In this document: piece by piece, positions 1 through 9,089 of the stretch
How the letters are laid out: every line of letters starts with the position of its first letter
Numbering within the stretch: position 1 is the stretch's first letter
NCBI GenBank assembly: GCA_027491915.1
Contig: JAOZGC010000002.1
Coordinates: 64,001-128,000 of the forward strand
Origin: Thermoproteota archaeon
GTDB lineage: Archaea; Korarchaeota; Korarchaeia; Korarchaeales; Korarchaeaceae
DNA: 64,000 nucleotides
Reading direction: 5' to 3'
The notes under the pieces: model-generated
What the model was told of the DNA's origin: nothing
Database searches by the model: none
Seen by the model: only the letters and a program-made list of their open reading frames with translations
Program-made: the position numbers and the translations under genes

Positions 1-392
1 TGCCGAGGAACGTCTACGACGGGGGCGTGAGGGTTGGGATGATAAGACCTGGGGATGGGCTCTTTGTTCCCAGCATAGAGGGGGCCAAGAGGCTGCTGCG
101 GGTCCTGCCGAGGCCCAGGGGACGGGTTGTCGTGGCCGAAGAGGCAGCCGACATGGTCTCTAGGGGAACTTCGGTCTTCACCCAGTTCGTCGAGGATGCG
201 GATCCCTCCATTAGGCCCTACACCGAGGTTATGATCGTCGATCCGGGGGACAGGCTGTTGGCCACAGGAAAGACGATCCTGTCGGCTTTTGAGGTGCCAG
301 AATTTCCTCCAGGGCAGGTGTTCGTCAGAGTAAGGCACCACATACTGCCTAGGAGATCCAAGAACAGGGGAGATAGTCCAGAAAAATCCTAG
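1..392 (+). CDS. PUA-domain protein (archaeosine TGT C-terminal-like), 5'-partial
   Basis: Frame is open to the left edge; RPGDGLFVPSIEGAKRL...VSRGTSVFTQFV..ADPSIRPYTEVMIVD..DRLLATGK is a typical TGT-C/PUA signature. Confidence 0.75.
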   Translation, partial: PRNVYDGGVRVGMIRPGDGLFVPSIEGAKRLLRVLPRPRGRVVVAEEAADMVSRGTSVFTQFVEDADPSIRPYTEVMIVDPGDRLLATGKTILSAFEVPEFPPGQVFVRVRHHILPRRSKNRGDSPEKS

Positions 393-916
393 AGGGGCAA
401 AAAACACCTCTTAAGAAGACTCAGGGCCTCCCTTCTGACTCTCTCGTTGATCCTCAGCATAACCATTCCCATCGAGGGCTGCCCGTATGCCACCCACCAC
501 CCATCTGGTGCCAGTATTACGGCAGGAAACCCAAGCAGATCTTCCTCCCCCTCTACTATTATACCTACCCTCTCACCGACCGAGGCTAGATCTATGGCCT
601 CTCTCACCGCCGACCACGCTTCCCTGGTTATGGTCCCACTTGGATTGGCCACTTCTATGATCCTTCTTCCAGCGAGCAGGGTAGGAGAGGGGGAGACCGG
701 GATCCTCCCTTCCTTAAGATCGAGTATCGCCACCCCGATCCCGAGCCCGGCGTCCGAGAGCACCCTGCTCACTCTGTCTCCCACCGATATGAGGAGACCA
801 CCTTTCAGATCCCCCTCGCCGGGCGGCGAGGTCTTAATGGGTCCTCTGGGCCTTTTGAGGATGTCTCTGCACTCTCTACTCAATCTCAGGCTCTTCTTCA
901 GATCTCTTGGTCCCAT
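389..916 (-). CDS. GTP-dependent dephospho-CoA kinase (DUF359)
   Basis: Motifs ISVGDRVS, D-x-K-x-x-R, NPSGTIT, VEGEEDLL, YGQP..GMV. Start trimmed to ATG 916 (949 is an alternative) because the longer ORF runs into the tRNA. Confidence 0.85.
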   Translation of the reverse strand: MGPRDLKKSLRLSRECRDILKRPRGPIKTSPPGEGDLKGGLLISVGDRVSRVLSDAGLGIGVAILDLKEGRIPVSPSPTLLAGRRIIEVANPSGTITREAWSAVREAIDLASVGERVGIIVEGEEDLLGFPAVILAPDGWWVAYGQPSMGMVMLRINERVRREALSLLKRCFLPL

Positions 917-959
917 GAATTTTTCACCGAACTCTGGGGGACATTCCATCCGCCTAATT

Positions 960-1038
960 TGGTGGGGCCGCCGGGATTTGAACCCGGGACCACCGGCGCC
1001 CCAGGCCGGCATCCTAAACCATGCTAGACCACGGCCCC
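960..1038 (-). tRNA. tRNA-Pro(GGG), CCA encoded
   Basis: Reverse complement GGGGCCGTGGTCTAGC...CCGGC-CTGGGGC-GCCGG...GGTTCAAATCC...CGGCCCCACCA. Confidence 0.95.
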
Positions 1039-1156
1039 GGAGAGCGATTGGGTCGACGACTTATAATCGCACCGCACCGCGCCGGCCCCGTCTCGATCCC
1101 CGAAACTATTCCAACCCACCAGTGATAGAACCTCTCCCTCCAAGATCGCGGCCGGG

Positions 1157-2569
1157 ATGAGCGCCGACCTCGCGCTGGTGGAGGAGATGACGAATGAGTT
1201 CCTTCGTACCCTGTCGGCGGCCTCCATCCCACCGGAATGGAAGCTCTCTCTGATCGCAGATCCCTGGGGTTCCTACGATAGGTTCAGGAAAAAGCGTCCC
1301 CGCGACTTCCTGAACATGCCCATCCCTCCTAGGATCAACAGACCGCCAGGTTGCGGCGGAGAAGATGGAGCCCCCTTTTCTTGGAGACCCTCAGAAGGGA
1401 AATCGGTACTCTTCCTACCCCGATCACTGTGCGTCGGGGCAGTGATACTCGTCAAGTTCTTGGCCGCAAAATTGGAGGGGAACTATCCGGATCCAGAAAC
1501 CAGGGATTTAACCGAGGTGTTGAACTACAGGGAGAGGTTAGCCCGTGAAATGCTCAGGTCGTGGGGTCTCCCCAGAGATGAAGGGCTCATAAGGGAGGGC
1601 GTTCTGAGGAGCACCAAGCTCTGGCCCTTTTTGGCCATCCTGTTGGACGATAGGGTCACCGAGGTATACGCGTCCGTCGGGAGGTCTCCGGTGATAGATC
1701 ACCTAGACCTCGGTAGGAGGGAGGTCGCGAACCTGAAATTCGATGACGCCGCCTTCTTCAAGCTGAAGACGATCGCAGACTCCTCTCCCTTCACGATCTT
1801 GGATCAACTGCACCCCTCAGCCAAGGTTGATCTGGGCGTTGGGAACATCAGGGCTAGAATCTCGTTGGATATGGATCCTTTCTCCCCACCTTCGGTCGAC
1901 ATTAGAAACCTCTCCGCCCTGCGATCTCTCTCAATACCAAGGCTGATATCCGGCGGCTATCTGGATCCGAGAGACGCTTCAGAGTTGATCAGGGGGCTCG
2001 TGGTGGGTAGGCCGACTCTGGTAGTCGGCCCCACCGGTTCTGGAAAGACGACCCTGTGCAACGCCATCCTCTCCTGCTTACCTCCGGGCTGGAGGGTGTT
2101 GAGCGTCGAGCTGGTTCGAGAGATAGAGGATAAGGAAAATCACGGTCTCATGCACCAGAGGTTCGTGGCCAAGAACAGGTCGAAGGAAGATATCCTCATA
2201 GACCTGCTGCACAGGAACCCAGATCTAGCTTTCATGGGGGAGATACTCGACAAGTCTCATGCCGAGGCCTTCGCCTCGGCGGCCGACGCTGGCCTGAGGA
2301 CGCTGGCCACCACGCACGCCAGGGATCCGGATTCTCTACTTAGGCGGTGGAAGAGGTGGCACCTGGCCGAAACGGTTCTGGAATCCAACTTGGCTATCAT
2401 GGGCAGAAATCGGGCTTTATTAGGGATATTCCGCTTTAAATCTGACAAGTTTATCAGGATAAGGGCGGCTCGCGACGAACTCTCGGACATCCTCTCCAGT
2501 CTCCCCGGGCACCTGACCAACAGGGAAACCGCCGAGGCGCTGATCGGGTATTGGAGGAGGCAAAAATGA
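1157..2569 (+). CDS. Type II/IV secretion (pilus assembly) ATPase, TadA/VirB11-like, divergent
   Basis: Walker A GPTGSGKTT, Asp-box-like SVELVREI, Walker B FMGEI, His box TTHA; LLDDRVTEVY in the N-domain. Confidence 0.8.
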   Translation: MSADLALVEEMTNEFLRTLSAASIPPEWKLSLIADPWGSYDRFRKKRPRDFLNMPIPPRINRPPGCGGEDGAPFSWRPSEGKSVLFLPRSLCVGAVILVKFLAAKLEGNYPDPETRDLTEVLNYRERLAREMLRSWGLPRDEGLIREGVLRSTKLWPFLAILLDDRVTEVYASVGRSPVIDHLDLGRREVANLKFDDAAFFKLKTIADSSPFTILDQLHPSAKVDLGVGNIRARISLDMDPFSPPSVDIRNLSALRSLSIPRLISGGYLDPRDASELIRGLVVGRPTLVVGPTGSGKTTLCNAILSCLPPGWRVLSVELVREIEDKENHGLMHQRFVAKNRSKEDILIDLLHRNPDLAFMGEILDKSHAEAFASAADAGLRTLATTHARDPDSLLRRWKRWHLAETVLESNLAIMGRNRALLGIFRFKSDKFIRIRAARDELSDILSSLPGHLTNRETAEALIGYWRRQK

Positions 2570-3596
2570 ACAGGTGGCCCCCCAAAATAAAAAAAGAACT
2601 TTCAGAGGTGAAATCAGCCTATGGGTTAACGGTCGGTAGACAGATTTCCCTGATAGCTTCCCTCTACTCCTCTTCTAGGGCGGCCGACAGTCCGCTGAGG
2701 GAAACGCTGAATAGGTTGAGGATGGCATATCTGGTAGAGGGCACCATTCCGAGGGACCTCCTCCAGCGAATTCCCCTAGGTCTGCTCGGCCAGCTCTCGA
2801 CCGCCTACTCCGGTGTCTCGGTAGGGCTATATTCCGGCCTGCTGGCCTCGCTCAGATCTTATCTGAGAGAATTGGAGACCCGCCTGGGATTGATCATAAC
2901 TGGGGGTTTCGGGGGCCTTATCTTCCTGACTTCCTTGGGTGCCGTGGGCCTGATCCCGAGGATACTTTTCGTTGCGTTGGCCACCCTCTTCTCTCTTGCG
3001 TTCCTCCTCTTGAAATGGGAGGAGATAGGTCTTCCACCTGGGGGGATCCGAGCATCCTTGAAGATCTCGCCGAGGCGATTTCCGCTGGCGAGTCTCCGGT
3101 CAGGAGGATCCTCTCATCCGAGGGCTGGGATCCTATCACCTTCACGATCTCGGAGGCTTCCATCACTTCTGGGGATGTCATATCCAATTTCTCCTCGAGA
3201 TTCGGCGGGTTCTCGGGTCTTATCGAGGTGGAGGCGTCCGCGGTGCATAACGAAAAAACTCCAACTATATTGATAGAAACGGCTAAAATATTAAGAGAAT
3301 TTGGGGCGATAGAGCGGGAGGCGCAGGGAATACTCAGGGTAAAAAGATCCGTGTTCAGAGTAGTGTCCCTGCTCTCTGGATTCATACTCGCCGAGGTAAT
3401 CAGAGCCGGTCAGATCGTTGGTTCCTCACTTGGCGTCTCAGACGGAGGCTCGGAGTGGATGATACCGCCTCTGATTGGTGTGGAGATCTCGGTCCTCCTT
3501 TCTGCCGCCCGAGCCCTAGACGACTCTCCTCTGTGGGCCGCCCTAGCGTTGATACCGACTATCCTGATCCTGATAGCGTCCGGGTCAACATTATGA
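2566..3596 (+). CDS. Type IV pilus membrane platform (TadB/C-like), split by an apparent frameshift near 3040-3045
   Basis: ORF from ATG 2566 has TM helices and then degenerates; the overlapping frame 3015-3596 carries LEDLAEAISAGES (T2SS-F-like) plus TM helices; one extra G in the G6 run fuses them; lies between the ATPase and the prepilin peptidase. Confidence 0.55.
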
Positions 3597-3967
3597 TTGG
3601 ACCGCCCCTGGCAGCAGCCGAAGGGGTCATCGCCGCTCTGTTGGACATTAAGACTGGAAAGATAAATAACAAATTCATTTTAGTGGCCATATTATTAAAC
3701 CTATTTTCTTATCATATAGATGAACCAAACATCGTACCAAATATAATATATTGGATCTTAATGGCGATCATCCTGTCAAAATTTAAATTTTCTTGGGGAG
3801 ACATAAAATACGCCTTTCTCTATACACTGATCCTGGATCCCAGATCATATTTCCTCTGGATCGACCTGGTGCTCTTCGGCTCGCTCTTGACGGGATCCCT
3901 CTTTCGGAAGGTCTCCTTTCCAGTGGTCGGGTTGGTGAGCTTCTTCGCCCTCCAGCTCCTCGATTGA
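3593..3967 (+). CDS. Minimal A24 prepilin peptidase
   Basis: Hydrophobic protein with catalytic-Asp motifs LLDIKTGKINN and WGDIK; ATGA overlap with the upstream stop. Confidence 0.7.
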   Translation: MIGPPLAAAEGVIAALLDIKTGKINNKFILVAILLNLFSYHIDEPNIVPNIIYWILMAIILSKFKFSWGDIKYAFLYTLILDPRSYFLWIDLVLFGSLLTGSLFRKVSFPVVGLVSFFALQLLD

Positions 3968-4034
3968 CATTTTCTCGTCGGGAAAAATATTCTGACCACA
4001 ACCTGAGATATTCCCCCCAGGGAATTATTGGACG

Positions 4035-4310
4035 ATGAGAATGGGGTCGCGTCTTGTGGAGAAGCTGCAGGAGATGCTGAGAGACGAGAGGGGGGTGACA
4101 GAGGTCCTAGATGAGGCCCTCTTGGTGGCCCTGGGGATAGCCCTATTCATAGGAGTCATAGTGTCACCCATATCCGGGATCTTTGACTTCATATGGAATC
4201 TGCCGGATATAACTGAGCAGGGATTTCAGGCCTTTGTGGATCAACTATCAAAATTAACTCAGGCTTCTGGCCTATTCCCCCACATTCTCTCCCCTCTATC
4301 CCCCTATTGA
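4035..4310 (+). CDS. Small archaeal pilin-like protein with class III signal peptide
   Basis: LRDERG|VTEVLDEALLVALGIALFIGVIV: charged leader, RG cleavage site, hydrophobic helix; next to the prepilin peptidase. Confidence 0.7.
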   Translation: MRMGSRLVEKLQEMLRDERGVTEVLDEALLVALGIALFIGVIVSPISGIFDFIWNLPDITEQGFQAFVDQLSKLTQASGLFPHILSPLSPY

Positions 4311-4350
4311 ATGCTAAAATTAATATCTCCCCCGAACATGTGAGACGATC

Positions 4351-5055
4351 GTGAGACCGACCCTGTCCGTGGTGATACCCACCTACAACGAGGAGCTCAT
4401 CCTGGCCAGGTGCCTTGCCGCCCTGAGGAATCAGGACGTCCAGATGGAGATCTTGGTAGTCGATGGAGGGAGCTCTGATTCCACCGTCGATGTCGCCGCG
4501 AAGTGGGCCGATGAGGTCATAGTCTCCCGAGAGGCCGATTCTCCCGCCGCCGCCAGAAACATGGGGGCCGAGGCGGCGTCCGGGGACGTGATAGCCTTCG
4601 TGGACGCTGACACCGTCGTGGCCGAAGGTTGGGCCCAGGCAATCTTGGGCGACTTCTCCGACGAATCGGTGGTTGGCGTCACCGGGCCGGTTCTCCCCCT
4701 ATCGCCTGCGAGCTTTTGGGAGGTGTTAGGTCACCTGCTCTCATACGACATCTTCGTCAGACTCACCATGCTCGTCGGAAGGGCCCACATGCTGGGATTG
4801 AACGTCGCTTACAGGAGGGACTTCTTCCTTGACGTGGGGGGTTTCCCCCCATTCGATCTGTCGGAGGACGTGATGCTGTCGTCGATCGTCTCGAAGATCG
4901 GCAAGGTATTATTCGACCGGAGAATGGTCGCTTATACCTCTCCCAGGCGCCTCAGGAAGATGGGGGTGGGTTGGTCCTCCTACTACCTCTTCTTCAACGG
5001 TCTCAAGACGCTGGCGGGCCTCAAGCCGGAGGACTACTACCCGAAGGTCAGGTGA
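4351..5055 (+). CDS. Glycosyltransferase family 2
   Basis: SVVIPTYNEE, VVDGGSSD, ARNMGA, FVDAD, SED, TSPRR motifs. Confidence 0.9.
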   Translation: MRPTLSVVIPTYNEELILARCLAALRNQDVQMEILVVDGGSSDSTVDVAAKWADEVIVSREADSPAAARNMGAEAASGDVIAFVDADTVVAEGWAQAILGDFSDESVVGVTGPVLPLSPASFWEVLGHLLSYDIFVRLTMLVGRAHMLGLNVAYRRDFFLDVGGFPPFDLSEDVMLSSIVSKIGKVLFDRRMVAYTSPRRLRKMGVGWSSYYLFFNGLKTLAGLKPEDYYPKVR

Positions 5056-5073
5056 GGGCTTATTTAAGCAATC

Positions 5074-5089
5074 CGCAAATTTTATATAT
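5074..5089 (+). promoter_or_regulatory. BRE/TATA promoter of tfb
   Basis: cgcaaaTTTTATATAT about 30 nt upstream of the TFB start in an AT-rich intergenic region. Confidence 0.55.
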
Positions 5090-5118
5090 CGGCTAATGCG
5101 ATCTAGATCTGGAGACTT

Positions 5119-6108
5119 TTGGGGGGAATCGAGACGGAAGAGGGCGAGGGTGGTGCCGACCGGAGAGAGGGAGGACCACTGTCTCCGGAGGTTCTGTCTT
5201 GTCCCAGGTGTGGGAGCACCGAGATAATCCACGACCCCGAGACGGGGGAGATGTTCTGCGCCAGCTGCGGATTCGTGTTGAGGACCGGGCTGCCCGACTC
5301 TAGCAAGGATTGGAGGGCCTTCGACGTTGACGAGTACATGAACAGGGCGCACACCGGCGCGCCGGTGACGCCGACCAGGCCGGGTTATGGCCTAGATACC
5401 GACATAATGATGACCAGCGGCGGCCTCAGCCGCAAGACCATCCAAATACTCCGGAGAACCCACAGGCACGTGAGCGACCCGAAGGAGAAGACCATAGAAC
5501 CGGCACTCAGGAAGATAAGGCAGGCGGCCGAATCCCTCAAGCTCCCTCCCGAGACCGTCCAAGACGCGGCGATGCTCTACAGGGCGGCGGCCAGGGCCGG
5601 GCTGGTTAAGGGGAGGAGCATGGACGCCATGGTCGCGGCGGTGCTCTACGCTTCCTGCAGGAGGACGGAGATACCCAGGACCTTGGAGGAGGTGGCCTCC
5701 CTCTTCAACCTGAAGGAGAAGGAGGTGGGCCGGAACTTCAGGTTCCTCTTCAGGAAGCTCGGGATCCAGATACCCCCTCCCAAGCCGGAGAATTTCGTCT
5801 ACACCATCTGCGCCAACCTCGGTCTCTCCGAGAGGATCGCCACGCAGGCTGTCCGCATACTGAAGCTCTCCAGGGAGAAGGGGGCCATAATGGGAAGGGA
5901 GCCTGTCGGGGTGGCGGCCGCCGCCATATACATGGCCAGTCAACAGTTCGGCGAGCACAGAACGCAGAGGGAGCTGGCCCAGGCAGCCGGGGTAACAGAG
6001 GTCACCGTCAGGAACAGGTACAAGGAGCTCATGAAGAAGATAGGTCACCTGATAGCGGAGGAGAGGGAGGAGACCATAGAGGGAGGAGGGGAATCCCGGG
6101 AGCGGTGA
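5119..6108 (+). CDS. tfb: Transcription initiation factor TFB (TFIIB)
   Basis: Zn ribbon CPRCGS...CASCG, B-reader DWRAF, two cyclin repeats, C-terminal GVTEVTVRNRYKEL. Confidence 0.97.
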   Translation: MGGIETEEGEGGADRREGGPLSPEVLSCPRCGSTEIIHDPETGEMFCASCGFVLRTGLPDSSKDWRAFDVDEYMNRAHTGAPVTPTRPGYGLDTDIMMTSGGLSRKTIQILRRTHRHVSDPKEKTIEPALRKIRQAAESLKLPPETVQDAAMLYRAAARAGLVKGRSMDAMVAAVLYASCRRTEIPRTLEEVASLFNLKEKEVGRNFRFLFRKLGIQIPPPKPENFVYTICANLGLSERIATQAVRILKLSREKGAIMGREPVGVAAAAIYMASQQFGEHRTQRELAQAAGVTEVTVRNRYKELMKKIGHLIAEEREETIEGGGESRER

Positions 6109-6171
6109 AGGGAGGCTAAGATGAAGGAGGATGGAGGGCGGCGCGGGTAGAGGAAAGCGGGAGGGGATCTC

Positions 6172-6318
6172 GTGTACGTCTGCGTGAGGTGCGGCTACGT
6201 CTTCACCAAGGAGGAGATGGAGGAGTTCTTCAGGCGGGACTTCAAGTGTCCCAGGTGCGGCTATAGAATCCTGAGGAAGGTCAGGAAGGAGGTCCCCAAG
6301 AGGGTGAAGGCCGTCTGA
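6172..6318 (+). CDS. rpoP: RNA polymerase subunit P (Rpo12), absent from the ORF track
   Basis: My translation: MYVCVRCGYVFTKEEMEEFFRRDFKCPRCGYRILRKVRKEVPKRVKAV (48 aa); GTG start after a purine-rich SD. Confidence 0.93.
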   Translation: MYVCVRCGYVFTKEEMEEFFRRDFKCPRCGYRILRKVRKEVPKRVKAV

Positions 6319-6340
6319 GTCCCGTCTCCGGGGGACCGCC

Positions 6341-6901
6341 ATGAAGATAGGAGGGTTTGCAAAAGAACTGTACTTTCTGGCCATAATTTTTATAGTATTT
6401 TATGTAACTTTCAATATATTGATGCCATTTTTCCTCGGTGTCGACAACCCAATAGCCACTGTCAACGGACCCTCCATGGAACCCACTTTCCACGACGGAG
6501 ACCTGGTGATACTGGCTGGCGTCCGACCGGAGGACATAAAGGTGGGCGACGTGATCGTCTACTCGGCCAGCTGGGCCGGGGGAGAGGACGTCATACACAG
6601 GGTGGTCTCGATAGAGGAGAGAGGTGGAACTTACCTTTTCAGGGTTCAGGGAGACAACAGGGAGACCAATCCCGTCCCAGATCCGGGTTACGTCACCCCC
6701 GACGAGATAAGAGGAAAGGTTATTGTTGGGGGAATCCCCATGGCCGGGAGGCTGCTCTCCATCGTTCAGAGTCTTCCCGGCAGGGTGACCGTGATGGCCC
6801 TCTTGGCCTCCCTGCTGATAAAGGATTACGTCGATTACAAGAGGAAGTCCGAATCGGGCGGCCCTCGGGACGCGGGAGAACCAACCCTACTGGAATCTTG
6901 A
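6341..6901 (+). CDS. Signal peptidase I (Sec11/S26B)
   Basis: GPSMEPTFHDGDL, VGDVIVY, VIHRV, QGDN...PD motifs flanked by TM helices. Confidence 0.92.
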   Translation: MKIGGFAKELYFLAIIFIVFYVTFNILMPFFLGVDNPIATVNGPSMEPTFHDGDLVILAGVRPEDIKVGDVIVYSASWAGGEDVIHRVVSIEERGGTYLFRVQGDNRETNPVPDPGYVTPDEIRGKVIVGGIPMAGRLLSIVQSLPGRVTVMALLASLLIKDYVDYKRKSESGGPRDAGEPTLLES

Positions 6902-6940
6902 GGGGGCGAATTCCGTTCTGGGGATCTCCCCCACGGACGG

Positions 6941-6953
6941 GGATTTATATATA
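6941..6953 (+). promoter_or_regulatory. TATA box upstream of tbp
   Basis: TTTATATATA about 30-40 nt upstream of the TBP start. Confidence 0.5.
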
Positions 6954-6983
6954 CTCCCAAATATAAAGACCAGGTCGGTCAAC

Positions 6984-7577
6984 TTGGATGAGGCCTCCTC
7001 AGGCGCGGTTAGATTCCCAAGGGAGCCTGAGATAAATATACAAAATGTTGTATCTTCCGCTGATATTAGGCAAGATTTAGATCTAGATGAGATACACAAA
7101 AGAATAAAGGAATCCAGATATGAGCCTAACAAATTTCCCGGGCTAGTTCTCAAACTTAAGGAGCCGAAGGCCGCCTTGCTCATATTCAGCAGCGGCAAAT
7201 TCGTCTGTACCGGAACGAAATCCGTCAGGGAATCCTCGGAAGCTATCCACAAAGCTATTTCAATTATGAACGAGAAAGGTATAAAGATACGAAACAAACC
7301 CCTCATAAAGGCGGAGAACATAGTCGCGTCAGCCAGGCTCTTCGTCAGGGTGGACATAGAGAAGCTGGCCAGGAATGAGCCCAACACCCTCTACGAGCCG
7401 GAGCAGTTCCCCGGGCTTATATTCAGGATGAGCGATCCCCAAGTGGTCTTCTTGGTATTCGCCTCTGGCAGCCTGGTCTGCACCGGGGCCAAGAAGGAGG
7501 CGGACGTCAAGAGGGCGGTCTACAAACTGCGGAAACTGCTGGCCGATAAGGGGTACCTGGTTTTCGAGGAGTACTGA
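6984..7577 (+). CDS. tbp: TATA-box binding protein
   Basis: Two TBP repeats: IQNVVSS...YEPNKFPGL...LIFSSGKFVCTG and ENIVAS...YEPEQFPGL...VFASGSLVCTG. Confidence 0.98.
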   Translation: MDEASSGAVRFPREPEINIQNVVSSADIRQDLDLDEIHKRIKESRYEPNKFPGLVLKLKEPKAALLIFSSGKFVCTGTKSVRESSEAIHKAISIMNEKGIKIRNKPLIKAENIVASARLFVRVDIEKLARNEPNTLYEPEQFPGLIFRMSDPQVVFLVFASGSLVCTGAKKEADVKRAVYKLRKLLADKGYLVFEEY

Positions 7578-8444
7578 ATGGGGGCCCCCGTGAGGACCTC
7601 GACCGAGTGTGAGAGGTGCCTCGCTGGAAGGCTGGCCGACCGCCTGACCGAATGCGGGATAAACCCCAATTCGGTTTCTAATATCCTCCTACATGTGGGA
7701 AATATGGTGAAAAAATATGAGATTCCGACCGATATAAAATCAAAATTGTGGAAAGAGATTGCCTCCAACGACCGGCTGCTGCGTTGCTTCTTAGATGACA
7801 GACTCAGGAGATCGCGGATCGGGGCCGAGCTGGCCAAGATAGCCATGGAAGAGGCCGACAACGTTCCCAGGGGGTATATGAGGTTTAGGTGGCTCTCTTG
7901 GCTGTCGGCCGCTGCGAGCTCCCTTGGGTGGTCTCTCCAGAGGTACACCGACTGGGGTGAGGGGGGCCTAACGGGATTAGGCGGGGTCCCCCCTCTGGAC
8001 GATACCGAGGAGGCCTTCGAGATAGTGAGCACCGGGTCGTCCATAGTGCTGGTGGCCGGAGGCCTGCCTGAGTACCACATTGATTCCGTTCTCTTAGAAT
8101 ATCTGACCCTGATGGGAAGGAAAGTTTCAGTAATAGCCAAATTCTCTCCCATTTTTTACGATGTAACCGTAAAAGAAGTGAGAGAGATCTCGCCATGGGT
8201 GAAAGTGGCCCCCGCCGGAGACGGCCCAAATTCTGGGTTCAGACCGTCCACCGCGAGCGGGGAGGCGAAGGATCTCATGGAAGAGAGCGACCTAGTGATC
8301 TCCAAAGGGGTGGAAAACTTCATTTCCCTGCAGGGGGAGCCGCCCGACACCCCCACCCTCCATCTCCTCTCGGTCGGTTGCGGCCCGGTGGCCAGGGCGG
8401 TGGGCGTCCCCATAGGTTCTGTGGTTGCCTTTTTAGTGGGGTGA
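7578..8444 (+). CDS. DUF89/ARMT1-like damage-control phosphatase family protein, divergent
   Basis: N-terminal ECERCL, C-terminal DLVISKGVENF and CGPVARAVGVPIGS. Confidence 0.65.
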   Translation: MGAPVRTSTECERCLAGRLADRLTECGINPNSVSNILLHVGNMVKKYEIPTDIKSKLWKEIASNDRLLRCFLDDRLRRSRIGAELAKIAMEEADNVPRGYMRFRWLSWLSAAASSLGWSLQRYTDWGEGGLTGLGGVPPLDDTEEAFEIVSTGSSIVLVAGGLPEYHIDSVLLEYLTLMGRKVSVIAKFSPIFYDVTVKEVREISPWVKVAPAGDGPNSGFRPSTASGEAKDLMEESDLVISKGVENFISLQGEPPDTPTLHLLSVGCGPVARAVGVPIGSVVAFLVG

Positions 8445-8468
8445 CCCCCCCGACTCGGGGGAGGTCCT

Positions 8469-9089
8469 TTGGGGCTGGACCGACGAGAGGGAGAGTACCT
8501 GGTCAGGAGGGCCAGAGACGTCATACAGTCACGTCTGATCGGGGAGCAGCCGCCTCCTGCCGCGGAAGTGTCTCCCGGGTTGACCGAGAAGAGGGGGGCG
8601 TTCGTCACCATCAGGACCCACCCCGAGAACAGGCTGAGGGGATGCATAGGGTTTCCCGAGCCCATATACCCCCTCCACGTGGCCGTGGAGAGGGCCGCCC
8701 TGGCAGCGGCCTTCGAGGACCCACGGTTCCCTCCCCTAACTCTGAGGGAGCTCCCCGTGATTACCATCGAGGTCAGCGTCCTGTCCCCCCTCAAGAGGCT
8801 GAAGCCTGAGTCTGCGGAAGACCTCCCTAAGATGATAGTGATAGGCAGAGATGGGTTGGTTGTCAGGAAAACTCCATTCAGCGGTCTCCTCCTCCCTCAA
8901 GTTCCTGTCGAAGAAGGATGGGGACCCTTGGAATTCTTGGACTATTCCTGCCTGAAAGCCGGGATGGAACCCGGGTGTTGGAGGGATCCCGGGGTTGAAG
9001 TTTACTCTTTCACGGCTCAAATATTCGCGGAAGAGAGTCCATTAGGGAATATTGTTGAAATTAGATTATCAGAGTCAGGTGGGGGATAG
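8469..9089 (+). CDS. AMMECR1-domain protein (TIGR00296)
   Basis: RGAFVT, LRGCIG, AAFEDPRF, IEVSVLS, GLLLPQV, CLKAG. Confidence 0.95.
   Translation: MGLDRREGEYLVRRARDVIQSRLIGEQPPPAAEVSPGLTEKRGAFVTIRTHPENRLRGCIGFPEPIYPLHVAVERAALAAAFEDPRFPPLTLRELPVITIEVSVLSPLKRLKPESAEDLPKMIVIGRDGLVVRKTPFSGLLLPQVPVEEGWGPLEFLDYSCLKAGMEPGCWRDPGVEVYSFTAQIFAEESPLGNIVEIRLSESGGG

Noticed and set aside
960-5055. Pilus locus as a tRNA-integrated mobile element
   Set aside because: No integrase and no duplicated tRNA 3' end (att site) seen; the locus lies on the 5' side of the tRNA
6121-6171. In-frame ATG with a TAG upstream of rpoP, a possible pyrrolysine readthrough
   Set aside because: RpoP is complete from GTG 6172 with its own SD, and there are no pyl genes in the window
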